Shown in pieces: positions 24,129 to 35,410 of a stretch of 40,781 bases of DNA (positions are counted from its first letter, which is position 1; every line of letters begins with the position of its first letter). A program made the translations under genes and the position numbers. The DNA lies in contig JAUCBJ010005822.1 in the NCBI GenBank assembly GCA_032718475.1, forward strand, positions 1-40,781, given 5' to 3'. A model generated the notes under the pieces. That model did no database searches, had not been told where the DNA came from, and worked only from the letters and a program-made list of their open reading frames with translations. The stretch comes from Nemertoderma westbladi (lineage: Eukaryota > Animalia > Xenacoelomorpha).

Positions 24129-27100
24129 TTATAGATTATGGATAGATAGTTTTATAGCTTTCTTAAATATATACAGATTTATTGATTGTCGAACAGCGGT
24201 TGGTAGAGCATTCCAGACCTCTGGTTCCATCACTCGTATAGATTGTTTAGCTACCAGTAATCGTGTTCGGGGTACTGTGCAGTCATTGTTGGTGGCGGTG
24301 CGCGTTCGGTGTTTGTGGATTGTAGATGTGAATGTAAGAAGTGATGTGAACATGTCTAGTGGTAGAATCCTTTTTATGTGAGTGTAGCAAAGTGTTGCTA
24401 CCTGTTTGATGTATATGGACCGTATAGTTAGTGGGTGGAAATGAGGGTTTCCCCTACTGATTGCAATACATTCTGCTTTCTGTTGTAATTTATGTAATGT
24501 TTTCAATGTTGTATCGGGTGAGTTAGTAGGTGACCGAGGTTTTCGTCGGCGTCTTGGGTGTGAGTGTCCGCGTCTGTGGTGTGAGTGTCCGGGGTGTGAA
24601 TGTTCGGGTTGTGAGTGTCCGTGCTGTGAGTGTCCGGTATTGGGTTTGGAGGAGACTGGGGGCATTGTACTGAATGATTTGGCTGCCCATACGGCATTAC
24701 AATACAGTAAGTAAGGGTCAACTAGTGTATTATATAGTATAATTAGTATTTGGGGCTTTACAAAGTTTTATTTTGTTGATTATACCGATGTTGCGGCTGA
24801 GTTTATTACGAATGTGATCAATATGGTATTTCCATGTCAAGTGTTCATCTATTAGAATGCCAAGGAATTTAATCACTTTACATCGGTTAATAATAGAATT
24901 ATCGATTTTGATTGCGGTTTCAGGGTGGAGCCTTATTTGTTTATTATGTGTATGGAATATTATGTAATTTGTTTTTTTTTTTCTATTTAGGGACAATCTA
25001 TTAAGACAGAACCACTCAGTGAGTTTGCAAAGTTCTTCGTTTATGTCAGCAATTAGTCGGTTTAAGTCCGTATCTGATTTGAATAAGTTAGTGTCATCAG
25101 CGAATAGTATAAACTTTACATGGTTTGATATGTTGGTGACGTCATTCGTGTATATAATGAAAAGTAGAGGGCTAAGTAGACTGCCCTGGGGCAGACCTAT
25201 TACAATTGTTAATCGAGCCGACTTTCCTGTTCTTATGGTAACAAACTGAACACGATCAGTGAGGTAGTTTGTTATCCAAGCTAGAACTATATTCCGTATC
25301 GTTGTAGTTTTTTAATCAGTATCTGGTGGTTCACTGTATCGAAGGCTTTGGACAGATCCAATGACACTCCTACAGTGAACTCACCCTTGTCGAGAGACCC
25401 TGTAACGTGCTCCAGTAGTGTTAGTAGTGCATGTTGGGTTGATCGATTACGTCTGAAGCCAAATTGCGATGGTGACAGAATGGCGAGTTTAGTTAAATAG
25501 TCAGTAAGTTCTGTATGTACGATTTTTTCCTAGAATTTTCGAGAAATAACAGAGAACAGATATTGGCCTGTAATTTTCTACAAAGGTAGGATTTTCAGCC
25601 TTGTATACAGGTGTAACGCAAGCAATTTTCATTTGTTTTGGCACAGTTCCACTGCAAAGGGAAAGGTTCATAATCTAAGCAAGTGGTTCTGCAATTAATG
25701 AAATTGTTGGGTGTACACTTGATGCAGCTAATTTATCATACCCTGGACTGGTGCGATTGTTCAGGTCGTTGGCAGTGAGTACTATGCTAGTTGCGGTTAT
25801 GTGATTAAATGTTTTCAGTTTTTCTGTCAGCTTTGTCTGTGGTAGGTAGTCTAATGGGGAACCGTCAGGTTTGGTATCTTTTTGTCTAATTGTGAGCCTA
25901 TGTTTTGGTAGTGAGTATTAAAGCAAGTAGCTATTTCATCAGGGTCTGTTATTGTTCGATTGTTATTAGTGATCAGTGAAGGTGTTGAGGTTTTCTGTTT
26001 CTTGTGTAGAAGGCCAGATATATGTTTCCACACTGATCTTGTGGATTGTGTTCTGTAGTCTAGTATTTTACTGTAGTACTGTAGTTCTTCTTCGCCGAAC
26101 GCAATAAGGCATCTAGGATATTCCTGTAGGTTTTAAATGCCGTGATGCCGGGTGGCTTGGGTTTCTAAGTGGTTATAATATCTGTCAGTAGAAATACTGG
26201 GAGATGGTCCGATATTGGTGATTTTAGTATGCCGGTTTTCAAGTTCGAGTCAATGTTAGTGAATTATCAATTAAAGTAGCAGAATGGTCAGTGATACGTG
26301 TTGGTGTAGAGATTGTGTGAGTGTAGTTGTGTGATGTCATTAAATTAAAGAAATCACGGCTGGATGGACACGTATTGGTCTTCAGTAAGTCTATGTTATA
26401 GTCACCCAGGAGGAAGCAAGGTTTGTTATTATCATTATCAATTTTATTCAGTATGAGGTTTAGTGAACTCATACACTCTACTACATTTGTACCCGGGGGG
26501 CGATAAATTGTCCCTATAATAATGTTTTTTGTCTTTGTTTGAGTTATCCCTACAAAGATTGATTCAAGGGTGGAGTTAGAGTTGAAGCGTAAGTCCTTCC
26601 TTTCTGTAGCCGATAAATCAGAGTGAATATATAGGGCAACACCCCCTCCATATTTACCATTTCTTGCATTAGAGAAAAGGTTAGTTTGGTAGTGGGAATT
26701 GAGAGTTTTTGTTACTATCTAGCCAGGTTTCCGATATGCCAACGACTGAGAATGGAGTTTTAAGGCTGTGCAAGAGTGTTTCAATTTTTTCAAAATTAGC
26801 TGACAGGCTACGTGCATTAAAGTGTATCAGTGGCAATTTAGGTGTGATAGTTTCCGAGTAGGTGTTGTAGTCGTCAGGGAAGTGGTAGTTGTAATTCCTT
26901 AGGTGTGGTGTGGCACTTGGTATATGTACGTCAGGGTTGAAATCACAGTCAAAGTTTACTAGATGTAGGATTAGAAATGTCGTATCTTTCAAAATACAGA
27001 GAGTCTAAGTAAGATATATCTATTTGGCTGGGGATACGGTAGTCCAGAGCAGTAAGTATAAATTCATTATCGTCAAGTATGTGCATGAATGGTAATGTGT

Positions 27101-27380
27101 CAGCAAGACAGGGATGACAGAACCATTTTGTATCTGACTTATCAAATTGTTTTAAATCTTTTCTAGTAAGTGTTGGTGCAACACATTTTAAGTGTAGCCA
27201 CTGGTCGCAGTGATCGCAGCAGAGGGCCCGGTGTGTCTCCCGTACCTCCAGAGGGCCTGGTGTGTCTCCCGTACCTCCAGAGGGCCTGGTGTGTCTCCCG
27301 TACCTCCAGAGGGCCTGGTGTGTCTCCCGTACCTCTGAACAACAATGTTTGCATGGGAATCGCGTTGCTTTAGGAGCCAT
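24129..27380 (-). pseudogene. LINE ORF2: PHD finger, AP endonuclease, reverse transcriptase; frameshifted
   Basis: PHD: CKHC...CDHCDQWLHLKC...WFCHPC. APE: HFNARSL, GISETWLD, IYRPP, LLGDYNIDLL, PTRITDHSATLIDN. RT: YRPISVL, QFGFR, LDLSKAFDTVNH, GLPQGS, FADDTN, KFLGILIDEHLTWK. The motifs are spread over several frames. Confidence 0.9.
27222..27336. repeat. 29-bp tandem repeat x4 inside the PHD finger
   Basis: GAGGGCCTGGTGTGTCTCCCGTACCTCCA starts at 27222, 27251, 27280 and 27309. Confidence 0.95.
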
Positions 27381-27449
27381 TGAAAATTGAAAAATTTTGT
27401 AAAGATTATCCAAATAAAAATAAATGTATAAATCATATAAACGTTATGA

Positions 27450-28274
27450 TTATACAATACAGACAAGGTCTGCTTTAAGTGCTACACGTATAATTGGAGA
27501 TGTGTCTGTCTTCCGGAGGAATGTAACTCCATGGTGGGTCCATATGTGTTTGTAATTCTTTTCCTGTCGGAGTTTCATTGCATCCTCAAATAAACAACGG
27601 TAATGGGTTGATAAGTGTTCGTTTATGTAGATTCGACCAGTGTAGGTATTATTCTTTAATATTTCGGATGTTATTATTTTCTTTTTGCGTTTTAAGATCA
27701 TGGCATCTCGAATGCCACAATTGCGGAACTGAATAACGACAGGTTTATTCGATGACTTTCTTTGGGTTGACTCAATGTCATCACTTTCAACCTCTACACC
27801 AATAGAAGCAGCGATATCAGTTATCATTGACACCAGTTCAGGTTCTGAAATGGTGTCTGGTATACCAATAATCTCGATGTTATTACGCCGTGTGTCTTGT
27901 TGCATCCTCGTTAGATCGGAGGCGATTTGTGAATTTAAATTTTCTAAGTTTCGTTTTTTTTCAGTATGTTGTTTGTTTTCCGATTCTAGATAGGAAAGGC
28001 TAGATTTCATTGATTCGTGGTCGGTATTAATAAACTCCAGGCCGCGTTTCATATCTGCAACTTCCTTGCGTATGATACCTAATTCCGAGTTTAACTTTCT
28101 CTTAATCTCGTCCAGTTTGGTGTCTATTAAGCGAGCCATATCATTCTTCAATGTACCGAGTTTATTGTCGATCAACTGACCGATGTTTTCCGATAGGTCG
28201 TCGAAACTAAATTGAACCTCAGCTCCAAAGGCCGCTATCGAATCATGTTGTTTGTCCAGATTTTTTTCCATCAT
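27450..28274 (-). CDS. LINE ORF1 protein (coiled coil + L1-ORF1/FP25K-like RRM-CTD)
   Basis: 274-aa ORF with a heptad-rich N-half followed by RRNNIEIIGIP, GRIYINEHLS and YKHIWTHHG motifs. It may extend to 28621 across a frameshift. Confidence 0.8.
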   Translation of the reverse strand: MMEKNLDKQHDSIAAFGAEVQFSFDDLSENIGQLIDNKLGTLKNDMARLIDTKLDEIKRKLNSELGIIRKEVADMKRGLEFINTDHESMKSSLSYLESENKQHTEKKRNLENLNSQIASDLTRMQQDTRRNNIEIIGIPDTISEPELVSMITDIAASIGVEVESDDIESTQRKSSNKPVVIQFRNCGIRDAMILKRKKKIITSEILKNNTYTGRIYINEHLSTHYRCLFEDAMKLRQEKNYKHIWTHHGVTFLRKTDTSPIIRVALKADLVCIV

Positions 28275-29824
28275 ATCTCTATCGAGTTGTTTTTTCCTGT
28301 AATTTTGGTAGTCGGTTTGGTACCAGTAGGTGTATCAGTACGGGTATTGTCCATCCTGTCAGATACTTCATATTGTGTTGGGATATTGAGGGTCATTGAT
28401 ATTTCGTCATCTGTATCGGCATACCGGTAGGATTGTACCGTGTTCTTCTCCTTCGGTTTGGTTTCGCTGATTCTGGAGCCAGTTTTTCGGTTTACCTTTC
28501 CAGGAAGTGAGTGATGGTTAGGTGCAGGTTTGATGAATTTATTTTTGTGATGCGGTGGCGCAGTTGGTGATAGAATCTGGAATCTGTTTGTCAGCAACCC
28601 ATTAGAGGACTTTGAAACCATCAGGCAGTCAGGTTTACCGGTAACATTAAAACAAATTTATAATAAATAATAATTTATTATATAAAATATCATTAGAACC
28701 GCCTTCGTCTGTAGATTCCGAATCTGAAAACCGTTTTAAATTTAACCCAAAATTGATAAAGATATTATCAAAATACTAATGTGTAAATTTAGAGACATAA
28801 GTCGCTATAATTCTGATGTTTTGTTGTCTTTATTCTAGAATATTAATTATTATTTAGCTGAGCGCTTAAAACTCTCCATCTTGTTTTTTCATTACCCATA
28901 ATTATAATATTCTAGAATTGAGTAAAAAAACATTAGAATTATAGCGATTTACATCACAAAATTTACACCTTAGTATTTTGATAATAACTCCGGAAGTTCT
29001 TGGTGAAATTTACAACGGGTTTAAGATTCGGAATCTGCAGATGAAGGCGGATCTAATGAAATCTAGATTTCATTACAAAGACGTAAAATAAAGTCTACGG
29101 AGATAGTTAAACATTACTAAATAGACATTTTTTAAGGGCTTGATGTATGGAAATAACTGAAAAATTGAAAAATCCGACCAGGCCACCAGTAAGAAAAGGT
29201 GTCGATCCATCATCATTCCAAATTTCACAGCATTTTATTGAAATTTGAAAAAATTAGGGGGGGGGGGGGCTCCAACCCCCTAAAAATGGTTGTTGTATTA
29301 AGGGTTATGGTGTATATACTATAAAACATGTTAGCTATTTTATTTAAAAATATTTGTTTTTCTCTAGAACTAATAATATATTTTATTCTTGAAAAATTTT
29401 AAAAAATATATTTTTCGTTATAGATTTTCTTACTTTTTAAAAAATGTTCTAGAACATTCTCGAAGATCGCGACGTTTGCGAAGCTCCACCTATAGTATAT
29501 TCTACAACATATTGGCGATTTATTTAAAAATACCTTTTTCTCTAGAACTAATATATTTTGTTCTAGAACATAAATATTTTAATATAAAACTATAATATTT
29601 GTTATTAATCGGTTTTCTTTCATAAAAAAAATATTCTAGAACATTCGCAAAGATCAGGACGTTTGCGAAGCTCCACCTATAGTATTGTTAAACACAAAAT
29701 ATCGCGAAGATCGCGACGTTTGCAAAATTTCGCGATTTTCGCAATCTTCGTAAAAATTGCGACATTTGCGAAGATCGCGAAAATCGCGAAGAATTGTTCA
29801 AAATCGTTGCCCTAATGCTCCCAT

Positions 29825-31236
29825 ATCGTGGTTGGGTTATGGTAGTGGGCCATAGGGGGTGGTAAGGGCTGGTTGAGGGGTGGCTGTAAATAGTCCCTTG
29901 AACGTCCATCCAGACCGGCTACGGCCAGCAAATGCAGAGAAGATCCGAAATGGTACCGCAGTTATATTTGCCCCAGAATTGGGGAGAAACTGGAGCTCCT
30001 TCACGCCGTAGTTGCAGTTCTTGGAAACTTGGAAGCCCTGGGTTACAGTTTCCAGTGGCTCCAGTTCCTCCATAGAGGAGACCACGGGGCAGTCGTCCAG
30101 TTCGGGACTGGAGAGGATTGACCAGACTTGGGCATTGTATGTGGAGTTGTGGTTGGAGTCTGGAATACCGTGTTCCTTGGGGCCGTTGGTCAGTTGGTGG
30201 CGTGGGCCTTGGATGCGCTATGTCGCTGTTTATTGCGGCACATTCGGTCGTAATGTCCGAGTTTATTGCAGTGCCTGCAACGTGCATTAGTTCCAGGGCA
30301 GGTTTCCCCAGAAGCGTGGACCAGGTATCCGCACTGGGGGCACATAGTCATCTTGGGTGTGGGGGGGGCGCTGGTTGTTAGGGCGACAGGTTGGGCGTGG
30401 TGGATGCCCGTGCGGATGTGGGCATCACCGGATATGCTGCTGGGTTCAATGAGATGGAGGCGGTGTTTTTTCTGGCCGTCCATCCATACTGCCTGCGCCA
30501 AAGTAAGGGCGTCGTTTAGGGAGCTGTTTGAGGGCAGGCGGAGGATGTGTTCCATTACCTCCTTATCAGTAAACCCGGTGATGAATTGGTTGAGGAGTCG
30601 ATCAGTTAGATGCGCATTGGCTGTCAGGACTCGGGAGTGCCCCGAAGGAGCACTTCATGGCGATATTGCGCAAATTAACGAGAGAAGTCTCGGGAGTTTC
30701 CTCTGGAAGGTGAGAACAGCGGGTGAGTTCTTGTCGGTCAACGCATTTATTCGTTCCCTCATCGATATGTATGCTGAGTTTATGTATAACGACATTCGTG
30801 TCGGCGTTCTCGGCAGAGGAGAGAGCGAGTCCTTTGACTACGGCATTGGTTGCCCGGGAGAATGCGGTTGTTAGGGCAGCGTGTATCTGCTGGTTTGTAA
30901 GACGGAGGAATGTCTCGGATAGATCCGGATCTGGTGGGTTGGCGGAATCTGCCAAATGTAGATTGTCCAGTCCGGATGTTATTAGGAAAGCCTCCCATTC
31001 GTCCTTCCAGCGTTCCCAGGTAGAACGTTCGGTATCGAGGTCGAATGGAGGTGGGTTGCTGCGGAGCACAAACGTGCGTGGATCGCGACCATCGTTGTGA
31101 GCGCTGGTAGACATTACAGAACGCCTGCGTGAAGCATGCATGAGTTGGGTTAACCAATCATAAGTAGGTAAACCATAAACTGCGCCATGACTGATAATGA
31201 ATGTTTGTGTGGTGATATAATCCGGCAGTCACGACA
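29825..31236 (-). mobile_element. 5' fragment of a Ty3/Gypsy (Mag-like) LTR retrotransposon: short LTR, PBS, gag, start of protease
   Basis: PPPFD..WERWKDEWEAFL. Double zinc knuckle CPQCGYLVH..C / CRHCNKLGHYDRMC. Protease-like FLPNSGANIT (catalytic D replaced by N). Frameshift near 30602. TGGCGCAG PBS at 31187 directly after ...CA. Confidence 0.85.
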
Positions 31237-31907
31237 TACTGGTAAAGTATAATCTGAACTGGAGGGTCAGACTCTACTGCAGATAATTAAACTGTAGGCC
31301 TTAACTATGGAAGAACCAAACTGAAAGTAATTAGAGAGTCAGTGTGTATACTACACACAGTATATACAGTAATTGTTGCAAATGCGAATGTGCTTCAGTG
31401 GTTTGATGTCTTCTTTACAAAAAAGTTGTTAATTAGACCTCCATACATAATTGTCTCGGGATAAAATATTAATAATAACTCAATAATAATTATATAATTA
31501 GGTCAATTATCAATATACACTATATACTGGCCACAGGCTACGTCATACAATCCTCGAATGAACAGTTTAGTAATGTTAATAGGATAATAAATACACCAGT
31601 ATTAGTATTTTCTTATAGTAGACCTACATACATACAGTACACTGTAGTTAATAGGTAGCAAGAAAATAATGTATACTGTACTGTAATTATGTAAGACAAT
31701 ATTTATGGTATATTTATTTAAATAAATGGCTTTTCTCATCTGTGTCTCTTACATGATAAGGCAATTCAACTTTTTTTGATATTTAGCCACCGGCTAGTCA
31801 TTTACAATAAATGCGTTTACTGTTTATCAGAAATCTAAATAGATCTTAAATAATTGTTCAAAATAACACGATTGTAAGTCATTTACATCCTCCTATTCCA
31901 ATCTGAC

Positions 31908-32458
31908 TTAACATTTCACTTTGTTCTCAGTCAACAAACTTTTAAATACAATACCCGCGAAAATAACAGCAGATAAAAAATACACAAAAAGGAATAATTT
32001 ATTGACAACGGTAGCGATTTTAAGCCAATCCTCTTTAATTTGTTTGTTTCTATCAATTTTGTCTCTTTTTGAGTTTATGACTTCCAGATGTTTAACGATT
32101 CTGGATAGCATTATGTGTAGAATATCCATGACGTCTCCGGTTGGGCTACCGCCAGCGATGCCGCTTGTCTGTGACCCGTGTTTGCGTCTCTCATTCCCAT
32201 AGTAACAGGTATCGCTTACTGTTGCAACCGTGTCGTAGGTTGGGTCGAAGAATTTCCGCGCGTTAACGCGCCGTGACTCGTCGGCTAGTTGCGGCTCCAG
32301 TGGCTCCATGGCGGACTCGCGATGGATCCCGAAACCGTTGCGTAGGATACGCTGGAGGAAGAAGGGCAACGGCGTAGCTTTATCGCTGATATTCAGAACT
32401 ATAACGTTCATTGCAGTTCCCAAGGCGATCAGAACGATGTTGCTTATGTAGTAGGTTC
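31908..32458 (-). CDS. Nicotinic-type Cys-loop receptor subunit, terminal exon (M3, intracellular loop, M4)
   Basis: Acceptor TCTCCCGTAG. M3: (G)TYYISNIVLIALGTAMNVIVLNI. Amphipathic helix and M4: IKEDWLKIATVVNKLFLFVYFLSAVIF. Stop TAA. Confidence 0.9.
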
Positions 32459-33498
32459 CTACGGGAGATAATATTAATATCTATATATTAAGTACTGTAA
32501 AAGGTTAATTAAGTAAATTATTGGATGGTGATGGACACTTCTTGATGGACTTTGTAAATTGTAACTTTAATACTGTGTAATTATATTATTTCTTATTAGA
32601 TTTTTATTTCGTATTTAATAATATTTCGATGATTTCAGTTTATGGTGGGCCGCTATAAAAACCGTCTTAATATAGAGTAATTTTGAGATGATACGAACCC
32701 CCCCCCCCCCCCCCCCTCCAATTTTTTCTACAAATATCTATTATATTGCATGGATTTGAAACACAACTACAGTGGTTCAACCCACCTTTGATGTTACCAT
32801 GAAGCCGGAATTTTCAAATTTGCCTGTCAATTTTATTTTATACGATTCTTGCAATCCTTGAAATCTGTCATCTTGTTTCTCAACGAAATTCAAAGATTGT
32901 TACATATTTGGAATCCTTGTTACGTAAGCTTTCTAATGATATGAAAGATTCTTCACTGTGGAGAATGGCGACGATAGGAGATGTGCAATTTCGCAAGAGA
33001 CTTATTAAAGTGTCATCAGAAAATTACACTACAGTGTTCATTTAGCAGAGTCCGAAACTTTATTGCGAAATTCGCGAAACATCCGTCAGTTTTTGTGCCA
33101 TATGCATGCATACCCCCACAAAATCATTCCGGTTCGAATGACCTTATCATATCTTTATTCAAGTAATCAAAATTAATATTTATTTCCAAAATGCCAAGAT
33201 AACATAGATGACTGATGTCTGTATGATGAGTTGAATCGACCCACGCCATTGTAATATCTCGAGAACTAATAATGTTACATCACAATTGTTTAGAACTTTC
33301 CATTGCGTGCGAATGATTCTAATATCAGTGCATGCGAAAGAAAAATCTTCCAAATGAAGGAATGATTACATCATTCTTTTGATAAAATATTTCGCATTTT
33401 TAGTTTCTATGCTAGACCTCAAATTTGATGGTTTTGCGATAAACGATCTTGAAAAGAAATTAAATTTCACTACATTCAGACTGTAGTTCCACATTTAC

Positions 33499-33686
33499 CT
33501 AAATAAGGGTAGTCATCGGAAGCCGGCATAGTTCTCCCCAACAGCAGCAGGAACACGGACATTGCCATAAACAAGGCGACAACAAGTTGTACTCTGGCTG
33601 GTCCCGCAGTGCTGGGCAAGCACTGACATAGCAGGAGCAGGACAGTGAGACAGGAACACGGTAGAATTAGGTTGAAAGTGTAGAAC
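33499..33686 (-). CDS. Nicotinic-type Cys-loop receptor subunit, M1-M2 exon (188 bp; absent from the ORF track)
   Basis: Acceptor TGTTTTTAG, donor G|GTAAAT. Translation (W)FYTFNLILPCSCLTVLLLLCQCLPSTAGPARVQLVVALFMAMSVFLLLLGRTMPASDDYPYL(G). Phases fit both neighbours. Confidence 0.92.
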
Positions 33687-33871
33687 CTAAAAACATGGAA
33701 GCAAAATTATATATTATACTGTATATAAGTAAAAGTCATAAAAAACCTAACACAATATTGCATAGAAAACTAAAACAAACAGTAAATTCACCATAAGTTA
33801 GCAGCAACATGGGGTAATTAACAAGAAGCCATGGTTAATATTATATCACTTTTACATATTTTCTGTAAAGT

Positions 33872-34205
33872 GATGTAATTTCCCGAGCGATAGTGATGGC
33901 AATAATTAAAGGATTGTGGGGCGTCGTCGTCGTCGTGTGTCTGTCGTCGTCGTGTGTCTGTCGTCGTCGTCGTAAATTTTTGAACGCTAATAACTCGGTT
34001 ATTCCTTGATGAGATTAAACAAAACTTGGTATGTATGTAGTCCGTCAAAAGTTTAGAAAGAATATGAAGTTTGGTCCAAAACGAACATACGCAACGAGGC
34101 ACAAGAGGAGGACGAGAATTGTGTTGAAGACTTCTTACTAACGGCAGACAACTCGTTAATGGTGCCCATATGCTAAAGGCTTTGCTCACTTCGTGCTGCG
34201 CGAAG
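33872..34205 (+). mobile_element. Helentron-associated / DINE-1-like interspersed element (tentative)
   Basis: Short head, then a (CGT)n/GTCT microsatellite, then TAACTC...AAACTTGGTATG. This matches the typical layout of such elements. Confidence 0.45.
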
Positions 34206-35169
34206 GCCCCACGAACGTGTTGTAAATTGTTTAAAAATTAAAGAGCTTAGATAATTACTAAAGTAGTAAAGTATGAACAATGGCGAATTGAATTATGGCA
34301 TTTAAGGCAAAGACGAATTCTCCGAATTATTCTGCAACAACAAAGACTGAAAGAGACATTTAATATAAATATTTACTTATTTCCATTCTTAAACTCTAGT
34401 CCAGCAGATTTATGCCATTTTTACTTAACCATAAAAATAATTATAGGGATAGGCGCTCTTATTGTAAATGTTTTGTTGTTATTTACTTTATGTGATTGTT
34501 AAATGCCTTCGTTGGATATTGAAGCTTTATTTATTACATAGAGAATATATATCTCTATTTTTGACTGTACAGTAGGCCTAAACACACCCTGCGGATGGGG
34601 TGCGGAAATTTGAATCCTAGGTGCCGGGTTCGAGCCCCAACAGGATCGGTTGATATATTTCTCATTTTAATGTTTTAATTTATTTTTTGGATTTTTTAAT
34701 AAATATATTATGGGATAAAGGTATTTTTTGAAATGAAGATAGCCATATCATACCAACTTATATTAAATATAACGTCACTCCATCCCAGACCATATAATTA
34801 AAATTAGACTCTTAGTAATTTTTATATTTTATTGCAAGTTATGTTTATACATCTGAAGAAACTTAAAATATATATTTACTCTGTGGATGTTTATAAACAT
34901 ATTAAAGATATATTTTAACATCAATATAATAATTTAATGTAAATTAGGGCTACTATATTTTATTTCAATATAAGGAAAAAACATGCAAAATTTTGTTTAC
35001 AGCCAAAATTATAAATTAAATTGTGGGGTGGAATTACCCTGGTCAACATATAAAAACAATTCATAAGTTTAATATAGAAAGAAACTAAAACGCAAAGTAG
35101 ACTATTCACTAGATCAAAATAATAGGGAGATTTTTAACGAATAAATTTTAATTCCAAATATAAATTTAC

Positions 35170-35358
35170 CATGACTTTCGTCGAAATATAATGACAGCCT
35201 GCACCTCAATATAATCGTCTAGGTTCTCGTATTCCTTGGTGTAGTTTACCGTGTTGGTGCACACGATCTCCCACTCGCTGTTTGCTATAACTTGGCTGTG
35301 TTCGAGATCTTTACTGGCACTTCGAAATACAACTTCCGGTGATTCGTAAGCCCAGGAA
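35170..35358 (-). CDS. Nicotinic-type Cys-loop receptor subunit, loop B to pre-M1 exon (189 bp; absent from the ORF track)
   Basis: Acceptor TTCTTCTTTTAG, donor TG|GTAAAT. Translation SWAYESPEVVFRSASKDLEHSQVIANSEWEIVCTNTVNYTKEYENLDDYIEVQAVIIFRRKS, carrying the SWxY, NxEW and pre-M1 RR hallmarks. Confidence 0.9.
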
Positions 35359-35410
35359 CTAAAAGAAGAACAAATATATTGATGGGAGAATCGTTTAAGC
35401 TCGATAAGCC

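Larger units (their letters stand above)
23556..28686 (-). mobile_element. Near full-length degenerate CR1/L2-group LINE (ORF1 + PHD-APE-RT ORF2, A-rich tail)
   Basis: Poly-T/TTTA tract at 23556-23590 on + (the 3' tail), a possible ATAT duplication at both junctions, and the domain motifs listed in the ORF entries. Confidence 0.9.
23301..29312. mobile_element. Foldback element (~0.9-kb palindrome) split by a LINE insertion
   Basis: The left arm (23301-23555 plus 28687-~28850) is the reverse complement of the right arm (~28900-29312). Termini CACCATAACCCTTAATAC / GTATTAAGGGTTATGGTG with TA flanks. Confidence 0.88.
21884..29702. mobile_element. Outer 36-bp inverted repeat pair enclosing the nested transposon cluster
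   Basis: ATATTTTGTGTTTACCAATACTATAGGTGGAGCTTC (21884-21919) matches the reverse complement of 29667-29702 with 1 mismatch. A partial extra copy lies at ~29480. True element ends are uncertain. Confidence 0.55.

Noticed and set aside
34590-34650. tRNA gene (GGTTCGAGCCC B-box-like)
   Set aside because: No A box or cloverleaf could be built; at most a SINE head remnant.
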